DNA from: an uncultured Candidatus Saccharibacteria bacterium
Lineage (GTDB): Bacteria > Patescibacteriota > Saccharimonadia > Saccharimonadales > JAGQNJ01
Assembly (NCBI GenBank): GCA_964602865.1
Contig: CAZRSX010000001.1
Location: 19,940 to 83,939, forward strand
Reading direction: 5' to 3'
Length of the DNA stretch: 64,000 bases
Shown: positions 19,753 to 30,150 of the stretch, one piece after another
How the letters are laid out: each line of letters starts with the position of its first letter
How positions within the stretch are numbered: the first letter of the stretch is position 1
Made by a program: the position numbers and the translations under genes
The notes under the pieces: generated by a model
The model's input: the letters and a program-made list of their open reading frames with translations, nothing else
What the model was told of the DNA's origin: nothing
Databases searched by the model: none

Positions 19753-20550
19753 ATGTCTAAGCGTATTCTCATGTGCTCGCCGGATTTTTTCGACATCGAG
19801 TACGAAATTAATCCGTGGATGGATACTGCTAACCAAGTTGATCCAAAACTGGCCAAAAAACAGTGGCAGGAGCTGTACCACACTTACACCAGCAAGCTTG
19901 GCTGGGACGTTGAGCTCATCAAGCCCGTCAAAAACCTCCCCGACATGGTCTTTACGGCCAACGGCGCACTGGTGATTGACGGCAAAGTTGCCCTGCCCAC
20001 CTTCCGCGCCCCCGATCGCCAGCCGGAAACCGAACATTTTAAGGCATGGTTCGAGCAACACGGCTACCGCGAATTTTTAACGCCAAAGTACGACTTTGAG
20101 GGCGAAGGCGACGCCCTGGTCTGGAACGATATAGTTTTTGCCGGCTACCCCTGGCGAAGCGACAAAGCCGCCCACCCTGAGCTCAAAAAATTCTTTGGCA
20201 AAAAAGTGGTTGAGGTCCAACTGACTGACGCCCGTTTTTATCATCTGGACACTGCCCTGACGATTGTCGATCGCGAAACCGTGGCTCTCTACCCGCCGCT
20301 ATTCACCGAGGAGAGCCTCAACGTTATCAAAGATACCGTGCCGCATGTTATCGAAGCAGCTCGTTCTGACGCCCTCGCCTACGGCCTCAACGCTATGAGT
20401 GACGGCCACAGCATCGTCCTATCTGACCGTGCTACTGGACTTATTGAGCAATATAAAAAACGCGGCATGAGCGTCTACCCTGTGCCGATTAGTGAGTTCC
20501 AAAAATCCGGCGGCGGCGTCAAATGCCTGACGCTGGAACTCCGTACTTAA
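19753..20550 (+). CDS. amidinotransferase / guanidino-group-modifying enzyme superfamily protein
   Basis: 265 aa. MCSPDFFDIEYEINPWM at the N-terminus and a C-terminal GGGVKCLTLEL active-site Cys motif. Confidence 0.7.
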   Translation: MSKRILMCSPDFFDIEYEINPWMDTANQVDPKLAKKQWQELYHTYTSKLGWDVELIKPVKNLPDMVFTANGALVIDGKVALPTFRAPDRQPETEHFKAWFEQHGYREFLTPKYDFEGEGDALVWNDIVFAGYPWRSDKAAHPELKKFFGKKVVEVQLTDARFYHLDTALTIVDRETVALYPPLFTEESLNVIKDTVPHVIEAARSDALAYGLNAMSDGHSIVLSDRATGLIEQYKKRGMSVYPVPISEFQKSGGGVKCLTLELRT

Positions 20551-20557
20551 AAGGCCA

Positions 20558-20926
20558 CTAGGCTTTATATAAAGAGGCGGCCAGATCAGCTTCAATTACT
20601 CGGCCAAGGAACTTACGATGTAGTATCTCGTCGGTAAGCTCTTCATCATTCAAAACGTAAGGAGGCGGGAGCTGTGGCGCATCGTCGTCGGCTGTGAGCA
20701 TTTCCTCGAGGTCGGCTGCTACATCAAGCGCTTTTTTCAGCTTTTCACTCGCAAAGTGTTCCTTTGTAATAACATCCAAGAAGTAACCGCCAAGTGTGCT
20801 GACGCGTACAACCATCTCTGCGCCAACCCATCGGGCGTCGCCATCTCTCTCCTGACCCATTATTTCGAACGACTCAATTGAGTGTCCTAGAGTACTGGGT
20901 AGATTTTCACCTATTTCTTTGCTCAT
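20558..20926 (-). CDS. hypothetical protein
   Basis: 122-aa ORF. No motif recognised. Confidence 0.45.
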   Translation of the reverse strand: MSKEIGENLPSTLGHSIESFEIMGQERDGDARWVGAEMVVRVSTLGGYFLDVITKEHFASEKLKKALDVAADLEEMLTADDDAPQLPPPYVLNDEELTDEILHRKFLGRVIEADLAASLYKA

Positions 20927-20952
20927 CGATGCTATATTGTTGCATCTTTTTA

Positions 20953-21639
20953 CTAAATCTGCAAGTTTAGACCGAGAACACTCTGGTACAAAGCCTTTTC
21001 ACTTGGTTTGTCGCGTGCATCGGCAATACGAGCGACTGTAATCGTACCATCTGAGTCTGTGAGCGTTACCGGCATCCAATAGGCACGCTCCAGGTTACTG
21101 CCTTGCCGGGTGTAGCCCACCGTTTTGGAAGCACCGCTAACACTTCGGCGGGGCAATTGTCCTCTGCTGCTGAGCATAAACTTTAAGTCTGCGTAGAAAG
21201 AGCTGTCGAGGCTTTCTTGCCCGACCCGCTCAGATGGGCCGCCCCTGCGAACTTCAGCTGTCATGAGAGATCGTAGGTCAATAAGGTTTATTGGTTGGCC
21301 AGAATCTGTTACCAGGCGATGGAGGTCGGTCGTAATTTTTGGCTCTTGCTTTGCAAATGAGAGTATTACTCCCTCAAATTGATCTGTTGGAACTTCAGCG
21401 CCACCCGGAATGATCAGTTCGCTTTTGTAGCCCTTCGGTGGAACTGCCTCCAGAGGAGGAAAAATATCTTCCAGTGTCAGAGCAGCGTATCCGGTTTCAT
21501 GTGCAAGCTCGTTAAGCGCTCCAAAATCTGCCCGAAACTCAAATGATCGTGGGTCAGCTCCCTGGAGATGACCCCACAAATCCCTCGGGAGTTTATCCTG
21601 GGCAGTTACTGTCTGATGATTTGTAGCTGGAGTATTCAT
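20953..21639 (-). CDS. hypothetical protein
   Basis: 228-aa ORF. No motif recognised. Confidence 0.5.
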   Translation of the reverse strand: MNTPATNHQTVTAQDKLPRDLWGHLQGADPRSFEFRADFGALNELAHETGYAALTLEDIFPPLEAVPPKGYKSELIIPGGAEVPTDQFEGVILSFAKQEPKITTDLHRLVTDSGQPINLIDLRSLMTAEVRRGGPSERVGQESLDSSFYADLKFMLSSRGQLPRRSVSGASKTVGYTRQGSNLERAYWMPVTLTDSDGTITVARIADARDKPSEKALYQSVLGLNLQI

Positions 21640-21707
21640 TTGTTTATTTTTTAACTAACATAACCATGGTATCATGCTTGTGCTTATTTGTCAACTTTAG
21701 TATTCCC

Positions 21708-22181
21708 CTAGACGGCCCTGGCTGCTTTTTTTGCGGTGGCGATTTCGTCCCAGGGGTGCGCTTCAAAAACACCACTGGTTATTCCCTCGGCTTTTACACC
21801 TTTGGCAGCCAGCGCATCAACAAGTGTTTGGTTGACTGTCACAAGCCCCCGCTCCACACTACTCAACGTTTCCTCGTCTGTAATCCGTACACCGTCGTAC
21901 ATCTTCGGCTTAATGTCACGTGCGTCTAAATCAGCGTTAATCTGAGGGCCACCACCGTGTACAATCACCGGATATAAGCCAAGCCCTGCTAACATGGCAA
22001 TATCCGTGGTTAAGGCATCTAAATCTTTTTCTACCGTTGCACCACCAACCTTAATAACCGCGAATTTACTTGGCTCTAACTCCTGTAATCGTTCACGATA
22101 AAAGTCAAATTCCGGCCCGATGGTTTCGCGCAATATATTGGCGACCCCCAGCCCACCTTGCAGGTCTTCTGGCGTACTCAT
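21708..22181 (-). CDS. amino-acid kinase family protein, apparently truncated (N-terminal half only)
   Basis: 157 aa. [11 protein letters not shown]...PVIVHGGGPQI are N-terminal acetylglutamate/aspartokinase-type motifs. Family members are normally about 250-300 aa. Confidence 0.5.
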   Translation of the reverse strand: MSTPEDLQGGLGVANILRETIGPEFDFYRERLQELEPSKFAVIKVGGATVEKDLDALTTDIAMLAGLGLYPVIVHGGGPQINADLDARDIKPKMYDGVRITDEETLSSVERGLVTVNQTLVDALAAKGVKAEGITSGVFEAHPWDEIATAKKAARAV

Positions 22182-22244
22182 ACTAGTTATTTTAACCTAC
22201 TGCGCGCCTGGTTGTCAGCGGATTGCGGAAATCCAGCTGCAGCA

Positions 22245-23069
22245 TTACATGCCCGGCTCTCGAATTACGCCAGTATTATCTATTGATGCAACGCCAGGCC
22301 TGATGGTACAGGTCCAACGCCTGGCAGCTCTGTCTTCGGCGACAATTGCCTCTGCGTATTGCTTTGCGTGCGTCATGCTCTTGTTCCACTGGCCCTGGTC
22401 AAAATCAATGCAATACAATTGCATAGTGTCTGGATCAACGAGAAGATTTGGTGAACTATTCTCGTCGATAACTTGCTGTGCTTCTGCTTCATCAAAATTA
22501 TGATCAAAGTCATCGACCCTGGCGTGATCAGATACACCACCCAAATCGAGTTTCCCATCAAGCGAAGCACCATGCGCAGTGCGTGCATTCACGCGCCCCA
22601 TAACCTTATACATATATTGCAGTCGTTGCATTAGCTCAATAATTTGATTAGTTAAGCGCGGATCCTGCCTCTGTTCATTGGTGAGTTGGTGTAGAGATAC
22701 ACGAGGCACTTCTTTTTGCACTGTATACTCTGCATAACGAGTCCTATTGCCCTCAGTTACCCTTCCGAGCACAAACGAACTATCTGGAACGAAGTCTCCA
22801 AGAAATAGTTTCAGAAGATCGTATTTGTTCTTTTTATACTGTATGCCTGCTTCGGCAGCCTTGCGCTCGTCCGCATAGCGCACACGATGTTCGCCAACGG
22901 TGGCATGATTAATTTTCAAAACCTTACCAAGTGGCGGCCGAAGATGTGGTTTCTCGTGATTACCAACCATTCTAAAAACAACATTATCCTGACCAGAACC
23001 TAATTTTGGTCCTAGGTGTTCGGGCCAGAACGGCATGCCTTCGGTCTTTGGCTTTGATTTTTGTGCCAT
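22245..23069 (-). CDS. hypothetical protein, possibly protein-kinase-like fold
   Basis: 274 aa. GSGQDNVVF (Gly-rich loop-like), KVLKI, and NLLVD...CIDFD (catalytic or DFG-like). Weak call. Confidence 0.4.
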   Translation of the reverse strand: MAQKSKPKTEGMPFWPEHLGPKLGSGQDNVVFRMVGNHEKPHLRPPLGKVLKINHATVGEHRVRYADERKAAEAGIQYKKNKYDLLKLFLGDFVPDSSFVLGRVTEGNRTRYAEYTVQKEVPRVSLHQLTNEQRQDPRLTNQIIELMQRLQYMYKVMGRVNARTAHGASLDGKLDLGGVSDHARVDDFDHNFDEAEAQQVIDENSSPNLLVDPDTMQLYCIDFDQGQWNKSMTHAKQYAEAIVAEDRAARRWTCTIRPGVASIDNTGVIREPGM

Positions 23070-23101
23070 AACTCTAAAATACTACCATATTTTCCTATAA
23101 A

Positions 23102-24409
23102 TTACAAGTGCTTGCGTCCTTTGATGCTGTTTCGGGCGGCGGCGATTTCGTCCCAGGGGTGCTCGCCGTCGGCTCGTTCGATGGTTTTTTCATGGCCTTT
23201 GCCGAGGAGCAGCACGGTATCGCCTTTTTTGGCACGTTTCACCGCAAACTGGATTGCCTCTGTTCGGTCATGTACCAAAAATAGGCTCCGATCGCGAGTT
23301 TTACCGGCTTTTTCAGCACCCTCGGCGATCTGGTTCATGATTTCCAGGCCATCAATATCGCGGTCGTCTTCCTCTGTTATAATGACTTCATCGGCGTATT
23401 TGCCGGCCAGTTCGCCCTGAATTGCCCGCTTGGCCTCATCTCGCCGCCCGGCCGAGCCGAACAGTACAATCAGTTTGCCTTTGACGACTGGTTTTAAGTC
23501 CTTGAATAGTTTTTCAAAACTGTCTGGCGTATGGGCAAAATCGACAATAACATCAAAATCCTGACCTTCGTCGATGCGTGTCATGCGTCCTTCCACGCCC
23601 TCCAGCGCCTCAATTCCTTGCTCAATCTCTTCTTTCGTGAGCCCAACAGCGCGGCCAACCGCCACTGCCGCCATAGAGTTATAGATATTGAATTCGCCTG
23701 GCAATTTGCAACTAATCCAATACTCTTCGCCGTCTACTACCGCGGCAAACCGGCTGCCGGCCGGACTTTGTTTGATGTATTTAGCCCGGATATCGCCGTC
23801 TTTGATGCCATAGGTTACATGGTTTTTAACATCGGCCACAAAATACTTTGCCGACTCGTCATCGGCGTTTATGATTCCCAGACGAAGACCCTTTTTGTTG
23901 GCACTGGCGCGCTCAAATAAGAGCCGCTTAGCATCGCGGTAGTTCGCAAACGTTCCGTGCCAGTCCAGGTGCTCGTGAGTAATATTGGTCATAACCGCGA
24001 TTGAGTACGGCACGCCCCAGACACGGTTTTGGGCCAGCGCCTGGCTGGTTGTCTCCAGCACCAGCCACTCCACACCGGCTTTTTGCAGAGCCTTGAGGCG
24101 TTTCATCAGCGCTGGTATCGTGACATTGGTCATGTGGTATGTCTGCGGCTTGATGTCATCATTTGCCCCGTAGGCGACAGTGGTCATCAGTCCTACTTTG
24201 CGACCCGATTCACGCAGCATCTTGTGTATCAAAAAACTGGTTGTCGTCTTGCCGTTGGTGCCGGTGACCCCGATGACTTTGAACTTTCGTGCCGGAAATC
24301 CATACAGCACATTGAACACGATCGCCTCAAGCAGATGGCCGTACGGCTCAATCGTACGGAACAGCTTGGTCGGAATAAAAAACTTCACAAACTTTCGAAA
24401 ACCCATCAC
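23102..24409 (-). CDS. murE: Mur ligase family protein (MurE-like)
   Basis: 435 aa. VIGVTGTNGKTTT P-loop, Mur ligase middle and C-terminal patterns (DFAHTPDS, GSAGRRD). Confidence 0.8.
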   Translation of the reverse strand: MMGFRKFVKFFIPTKLFRTIEPYGHLLEAIVFNVLYGFPARKFKVIGVTGTNGKTTTSFLIHKMLRESGRKVGLMTTVAYGANDDIKPQTYHMTNVTIPALMKRLKALQKAGVEWLVLETTSQALAQNRVWGVPYSIAVMTNITHEHLDWHGTFANYRDAKRLLFERASANKKGLRLGIINADDESAKYFVADVKNHVTYGIKDGDIRAKYIKQSPAGSRFAAVVDGEEYWISCKLPGEFNIYNSMAAVAVGRAVGLTKEEIEQGIEALEGVEGRMTRIDEGQDFDVIVDFAHTPDSFEKLFKDLKPVVKGKLIVLFGSAGRRDEAKRAIQGELAGKYADEVIITEEDDRDIDGLEIMNQIAEGAEKAGKTRDRSLFLVHDRTEAIQFAVKRAKKGDTVLLLGKGHEKTIERADGEHPWDEIAAARNSIKGRKHL

Positions 24410-24430
24410 GTGTAAGTATACTAGGTTTTA

Positions 24431-25492
24431 ATGCGAATTTTAGGGATTGAAACAAGTTGTGACGAAACGGCCGTCGCCGTGGTCGAAGATGGCACGACGT
24501 TGTTGTCGAATGTGGTTGCTTCGAGCATGGACATTCACGCTCAGTATGGCGGTGTGGTGCCCGAAATCGCCGCCCGCAGCCACATTGAGGCCATCAATCC
24601 GGTCGTTGAACAGGCTTTAACAGAGGCAAAATGCACCTGGACTGATATTGATGCAATTGCCGTCACCTACGGCGCCGGGCTTGGCGGCTCTCTATTAGTT
24701 GGCGTTCTCGCGGCTCGAACAGCAGCGATTATTCATAAAAAACCGTTGTACGCCATTAACCATGTTGAGGGGCATGTCTATGCTAACTTCTTAACCAAGA
24801 CTTCCCTGCCCGGCTACACCATGCCAGCGGTTCAACCGCAATTTCCGCTGTTGGCGTTGATTGTCAGCGGCGGACATAGCCAATTGGTGCTGTTCCGTAA
24901 TCACTTTGACTATGAGCTGTTAGGGCGAACTGGCGACGATGCTATTGGCGAAGCCTTTGATAAGGTCGCCAAGATTCTTGGCCTGCCCTACCCTGGCGGG
25001 CCCAGCGTCAGCAAAGCAGCTGAAAGTGGCAACCCCAAGAAATATGCCTTGCCCAAAGCAAAAATGGAGCATAAATATGACTTCTCTTTTAGTGGACTCA
25101 AAACAGCGGTCCTGAGGACTGCGCAAAAAGAATGTGGTGTCGGACACGACTTCCCTAGCTTCAAGCTAGCAGACAAGCTCTCAGAGGCTCAGAAGGCTGA
25201 TTTGGCAGCCAGTTTCCAACATACTGCTGTCGAAACCGTGGTCGACAAGACGATGCTTGCCTACGAGGAGTTTGCACCGAAAAGCGTTGTTATTGCCGGC
25301 GGCGTGGCCGCCAGCCCGGAACTGCGCCGACAACTCACTGAGCGTCTCCCTATTGAAATACAGTACCCCGATATGAAGCTCTGCACCGACAATGGAGCCA
25401 TGATTGCTACGCTCGGCTGTTACAAAGCCGCGTTAAACCAACCGACTGCTGACCCATACACTCTAGATATCAAACCAAATCTATCAATGTAG
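24431..25492 (+). CDS. tsaD: tRNA N6-adenosine threonylcarbamoyltransferase
   Basis: 353 aa. ILGIETSCDETAVAVV...HVEGHV...VSGGHS...GGVAAS. Confidence 0.95.
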   Translation: MRILGIETSCDETAVAVVEDGTTLLSNVVASSMDIHAQYGGVVPEIAARSHIEAINPVVEQALTEAKCTWTDIDAIAVTYGAGLGGSLLVGVLAARTAAIIHKKPLYAINHVEGHVYANFLTKTSLPGYTMPAVQPQFPLLALIVSGGHSQLVLFRNHFDYELLGRTGDDAIGEAFDKVAKILGLPYPGGPSVSKAAESGNPKKYALPKAKMEHKYDFSFSGLKTAVLRTAQKECGVGHDFPSFKLADKLSEAQKADLAASFQHTAVETVVDKTMLAYEEFAPKSVVIAGGVAASPELRRQLTERLPIEIQYPDMKLCTDNGAMIATLGCYKAALNQPTADPYTLDIKPNLSM

Positions 25493-25494
25493 CT

Positions 25495-26550
25495 CTATTC
25501 TGCTTCGGCCAACTCGCGAAGCTGCAAATCAACAGAGTCAAACACTTCAACGAATCCTTCGCCGTAACGGTAGTCACTATCTGAACCGTTGTATTGCGAG
25601 TCCACTTCAACAAAATCTTTCCGAGCAAACTCAAGATGAGCCATTGCCCTATCTATTAGCTCCTCGGCGAACTTCTTTGCCTTTGGGTTAGCTTTCGCAA
25701 ACTTTATCGCTTCAACAATGGCTTCCCAGCGTCCTTCAAGGAATTCTCTTGAGGCATCCCTTTGCCACTCAGAAGGACTGAATGTCTTACTGTTGACTCC
25801 TTGCATCACCCCTGTAGCATCAGCTACGTAAAATTCGGCAAGTATACCGTCTCCCCAGTATTTCACCGCCTCTTTCAGTGCTTCTGCAGGATATGAATTA
25901 TCAAGACCCAGTCTCTCTAGCTCTTCTTCGATTTCGACAAACTTTCGCAATCCGTCTTCGCCGAGCGATCTAAGTTCATCCGGGCTTACTGGTAACTCCT
26001 GTCCTTGCACCGCTGCAGGATCAAAGCCAAGTCGCACTTGTTTACCTATTGTTCCGAGAACTCCGTTCACTAATGGATGTAGATTTGCGGTTTCAGAATG
26101 GTCTGTTGGCACAGACTCTAGAAAGTCATGAAATAGCGTGCTGTTTTCAAGCACAGGCTGTAACTCTACACTTGTAATGCGGCCACTTTCTCCTCCGAAA
26201 CCCCAATAACTACCCAGTGGAGCCATGCGTACCCCTATACGCAAAAACATATCACTGTGTAGAAGTTCAACAACCTCGCCCTCCATATCCCCCTCTACTA
26301 CCCTTTTTGTTGATCCCTGTTCAACATTTGTGGCTTGGTTCGTTGGTTCTTCTTCTATATGAAGTAGTTTGCCTTCGTCTTCATCAAGGGTGATCGCTTC
26401 CGGAGGCAATAATGTTTCGATTATCCCAAACAAGGCGGCGCCTAGCCCGGTCTTGCTTCGATTGTGATTTGTAACTTCACTGTAGGCTGCGGTAACAACA
26501 TCAACTGCGGGTAGATGATGTGTTGCCGGAAATTCATTTTGATCTGACAT
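25495..26550 (-). CDS. hypothetical acidic protein
   Basis: 351-aa ORF. No motif recognised. Confidence 0.5.
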   Translation of the reverse strand: MSDQNEFPATHHLPAVDVVTAAYSEVTNHNRSKTGLGAALFGIIETLLPPEAITLDEDEGKLLHIEEEPTNQATNVEQGSTKRVVEGDMEGEVVELLHSDMFLRIGVRMAPLGSYWGFGGESGRITSVELQPVLENSTLFHDFLESVPTDHSETANLHPLVNGVLGTIGKQVRLGFDPAAVQGQELPVSPDELRSLGEDGLRKFVEIEEELERLGLDNSYPAEALKEAVKYWGDGILAEFYVADATGVMQGVNSKTFSPSEWQRDASREFLEGRWEAIVEAIKFAKANPKAKKFAEELIDRAMAHLEFARKDFVEVDSQYNGSDSDYRYGEGFVEVFDSVDLQLRELAEAE

Positions 26551-26604
26551 ACCTTAATTATAGCAAAATATGGGTGTTTTGTCAATTATTACCCCTGTCT
26601 CCGT

Positions 26605-27003
26605 TTAGTAGATGCTGCTGTCGGAGGTCTGGAACATATCCTTGAGATCTCTCTCGGCTTGGCGTCGCGCAGCTTCGTCCTTATCTGTAGGCGGGCGACG
26701 CGAGTAAATAGCTACCCTATGCGGGCTGTATGGATCGTACGGGCTTATCCCCTGCTCTCGCAAGGTTTGGTTATAATCGTGTGCTTCTTGGGGCATGCCG
26801 CCGTTCGTATTACCGTACGTCCCTTGCGCGCCATAAACAGTTCGTTCCCAAAAGTCGATGAACTCTCTATTAGTCATATCGCGGCCAAGTTCTTCGTCAA
26901 ACACACCCGATGGTGCATGCAGTTCAGCTTGAGAGAACACGCCAACCAGCACTTTGTTGGGTATGGTTGGTTCTGAATAGTATGTGTTTGGTTCAGTGTT
27001 CAT
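26605..27003 (-). CDS. hypothetical protein
   Basis: 132-aa ORF. Confidence 0.5.
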   Translation of the reverse strand: MNTEPNTYYSEPTIPNKVLVGVFSQAELHAPSGVFDEELGRDMTNREFIDFWERTVYGAQGTYGNTNGGMPQEAHDYNQTLREQGISPYDPYSPHRVAIYSRRPPTDKDEAARRQAERDLKDMFQTSDSSIY

Positions 27004-27319
27004 TACTATATGTTAATTATAGCATAAGTATTTTATACAGTCAACCCAAGCAGTGAGCATTCTCATACTTCCGGGCAGGTATTGCGCCCCTGTTATTTAC
27101 ATGATAAACTGCTAATGAAAACAAAAACGTTTTGGACGAGTACGGCGTAATCCGTATGCACCTTGGCAACCACACGTTCATACAAATAAACGTGTGGTGA
27201 GAAACAAAATATCGGTGACGGGATATTGTATGGCTAGGCTTAAGAGGGTAGTTATTGAGTTAGTTGTGTCAATTTCACGTGAAACCGGTAATGCATTACT
27301 AGCGAGTAACTGATCTGCA

Positions 27320-27350
27320 CACTCCTAAAACAGGGGTGATTTTTTTATTT
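27320..27350 (+). terminator. candidate intrinsic terminator inside the long valS upstream region
   Basis: CACTCCT-AAAAC-AGGGGTG (7 bp including one G:U pair) followed by ATTTTTTTATTT. Confidence 0.5.
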
Positions 27351-27471
27351 CCAGATGGTACACTAAAAGCTATGATTCGATTTATAAGGTTCGTGAGTGA
27401 TATTGTGCAACGAAGCGTCAGAGACGGCGTGACAAGCTAATCTGTACACCCCTCATGCTACAAACCTCTAA

Positions 27472-30048
27472 ATGAAAGAAACTACTATGAAACTCAATAA
27501 AACATACGAACCAAACCAATACGAAGACGACATCTATGCTCTGTGGGAAAAGAGCAGGGCATTTGTGCCAAAAAACAGGGGTAATGACAACACCTTTAGC
27601 ATGGTTATGCCACCGCCAAACGCTAATGCCAATATTCATATCGGCACCGCAATTACGCTAGACCTAGAAGACATTGCGGTACGTTATAACCGTATGCTGG
27701 GTAAGGCAACACTGTTCGTACCAGGGGCAGATCACGCCGGTTTCGAAACGCAAGCTGTCTATGAAAAGCATCTGGCCAAGGCAGGGAAGAGCCGGTTTGA
27801 CTTCACCAGAGAAGAGCTCTACAACCAAATCTGGGATTTTGTGGCCGAAAACAAAAAAAACTACGAGACGCAGTTTCGCAAACTGGGCGCCAGTGCGGAC
27901 TGGTCGCGCTACGTGTACACGCTTGACGAAAAGGTTGTCAACCGTGCCTACGAAACGTTCAAAAAAATGTGGGACGACGGGCTGATTTATAGAGGTGAAC
28001 GTTTGGTAAACTTTTGTACGTTTCACGGCACCGGTTTTGCGGATATTGAAGTCACGCACAAAGAATCAAAAGGGCATTTATGGCACATTCGCTACCCGTT
28101 GACTGACGGCAGCGGGGAAGTCATCGTCGCTACCACGCGACCAGAAACCATGCTCGGTGATACTGCAGTCGCCGTGCACCCTGACGATCCGCGTTTTGCT
28201 GATTACATCGGTAAAACGATACGGTTACCTCTAACAAATCGTGAGATTCCAATTCTGGCTGATCAGTTTGTCGACACCGAATTTGGTACTGGCGCCGTGA
28301 AAATTACGCCGGCGCACGACCCCAATGATTACGAGGTGGCCGGACGTCACGATCTGCCAATGATTACTGTTATCGATCACGAAGGAAAGATGAACCACGA
28401 GGCAGGGGAGAGTTACCGTGGTTTAAGCGTCCAGGAAGCTCGCGAAAAGGTTGTCGATGACCTCAAACAACAGGGGTACTTGGTCAAAACCGAAGACCAT
28501 ACGCACAGCGTGGGGCATTGCTATAAATGCGGCACGGTCATTGAACCATTGCTGCGTGAACAGTGGTTTATCGACATGAAGCCCTTGGCTGAACGGGCGA
28601 TTGAAGTACTTCGGCAAGATAAGATCACATTCTACCCTAACAATAAAAAAGATCAGCTGATTACCTATCTCGAGAGCTTGCGCGACTGGAATATTTCACG
28701 GCAAATTGCCTGGGGTATCCCGATACCAGCCTTCCAAAACATTGACCAGCCAGACGACTGGATTTTTAATACCGATGTCGACAAAGAATACCTCGAAATA
28801 GACGGCAAAACCTATCGCCGCGACCCAGACGTATTCGACACCTGGTTCTCTAGCTCTAGCTGGCCGTATGCTACGCTGGACTATCCCGATGGCGAAGACT
28901 TCCATAAGTTTTACCCCTTGAGCCTGATGGAAACCGGCGGCGAAATCCTGTACCCATGGGTATCGCGCATGATTATGCTCGGGCTCTACGTGACAGGCAA
29001 AATCCCTTTTGAAGCCGTGTACATTCATGGCTACGTCATGGCCGAGGACGGCTCCAAAATGAGCAAGTCACTGGGCAACGTTGTTGACCCATTGCCAGTG
29101 ATTGAAAAGTACGGCTCTGACGCTGTGCGCATGGGGCTGATCGCCGGCCGAGTACCGGCTGTGAATCGTGGTTACGATCCAGCGAAGATCGAGGGTGCGC
29201 GAAACTTCTGTAACAAACTCTGGAACATTGCCCGCTACATTGAAGATATTGTCGGCGACGATGCCGAGCTTCGGCACGAGCTTGCCCCGCACACAAACGC
29301 CGATCATTGGGTGTTGAGCAAACTACAACATGCAATCAAAAAGATGTCTATTGATCTGGACAATTACCGCTTCGCTGAAGCTTACGAGACACTCTATCAT
29401 CTGGTGTGGGACGACGTGGCCGACTGGTACATCGAGGCGAGCAAGGGAAGTGCAAACAATGCTATGTTGGCGTACATATTAGAAACCGTGTGCAAGTTGG
29501 CGCATCCGTTTGCGCCATTTGTAACAGAGACGATCTGGCAAACACTCAAGTGGGAGCAGGACAGTATTCTGGCTGTCAGCAGCTGGCCCGAGCCGCCGGC
29601 GTACGACGAACAGCAGGCTGACAACTTTGAACAGATTATGATTCTAGTATCAGAGGCGCGCTACGTGTTGAGCACCTTGAAATTGCGTGATGTTGACCTT
29701 ATTTACACCAACGCGCCGTTTGTAGCTGAGCACGCCGAGCTCATCAAAAAACTGGCCCGCTTGAGCCATGTGACCGAAAGCGATGCCGAAGCAGGCCTGA
29801 AGCTGACCCAAACCGATCATAATGTACGACTGCTGATAGACGAAAAAGCTATCAAGGCGTTTGTTGGCGAGCTGAATACGAACATCAAAGCTCAAAAGAC
29901 AGTGGTCGACAATCTTAAAAAACGACTGGCAAACAAAGCATATATTGCCAACGCGCCAAAGAAAATCGTCGATGAGACCAAGGTACAGCTCCAAGACGCT
30001 GAATCTGTGCTTGAAGTCATGCAATCCGAACTCAAGAGATTTGCGTAG
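27472..30048 (+). CDS. valS: valine--tRNA ligase
   Basis: 858 aa. PPPNANANIHIGT (HIGH-type), KMSKSLGN, and a C-terminal coiled coil. The start may instead be the ATG at 27487. Confidence 0.97.
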   Translation: MKETTMKLNKTYEPNQYEDDIYALWEKSRAFVPKNRGNDNTFSMVMPPPNANANIHIGTAITLDLEDIAVRYNRMLGKATLFVPGADHAGFETQAVYEKHLAKAGKSRFDFTREELYNQIWDFVAENKKNYETQFRKLGASADWSRYVYTLDEKVVNRAYETFKKMWDDGLIYRGERLVNFCTFHGTGFADIEVTHKESKGHLWHIRYPLTDGSGEVIVATTRPETMLGDTAVAVHPDDPRFADYIGKTIRLPLTNREIPILADQFVDTEFGTGAVKITPAHDPNDYEVAGRHDLPMITVIDHEGKMNHEAGESYRGLSVQEAREKVVDDLKQQGYLVKTEDHTHSVGHCYKCGTVIEPLLREQWFIDMKPLAERAIEVLRQDKITFYPNNKKDQLITYLESLRDWNISRQIAWGIPIPAFQNIDQPDDWIFNTDVDKEYLEIDGKTYRRDPDVFDTWFSSSSWPYATLDYPDGEDFHKFYPLSLMETGGEILYPWVSRMIMLGLYVTGKIPFEAVYIHGYVMAEDGSKMSKSLGNVVDPLPVIEKYGSDAVRMGLIAGRVPAVNRGYDPAKIEGARNFCNKLWNIARYIEDIVGDDAELRHELAPHTNADHWVLSKLQHAIKKMSIDLDNYRFAEAYETLYHLVWDDVADWYIEASKGSANNAMLAYILETVCKLAHPFAPFVTETIWQTLKWEQDSILAVSSWPEPPAYDEQQADNFEQIMILVSEARYVLSTLKLRDVDLIYTNAPFVAEHAELIKKLARLSHVTESDAEAGLKLTQTDHNVRLLIDEKAIKAFVGELNTNIKAQKTVVDNLKKRLANKAYIANAPKKIVDETKVQLQDAESVLEVMQSELKRFA

Positions 30049-30150
30049 AGATTTCACGAACCTATTGACTTTTTATAGCAATATGTTACGATGATAGAGG
30101 TTCCAAAATCTGGAACACCCCTTATAGCAACCAAATATAAGGGAGGAACT

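Noticed and set aside
19675-20061. N-terminal 129 aa of ORF 18868-20061
   Set aside because: This portion overlaps the amidinotransferase-fold gene (19753-20550) on the opposite strand and has no protein-like features. It was trimmed to the ATG at 19674.
27004-27471. T-box riboswitch upstream of valS
   Set aside because: I looked for the conserved T-box sequence (AGGGTGGNACCGCG) 5' of the terminator and for a Stem I specifier with a GUN codon. Only weak fragments are present (GATGGTACAC lies after, not before, the terminator). I report the region as an uncharacterised leader instead.
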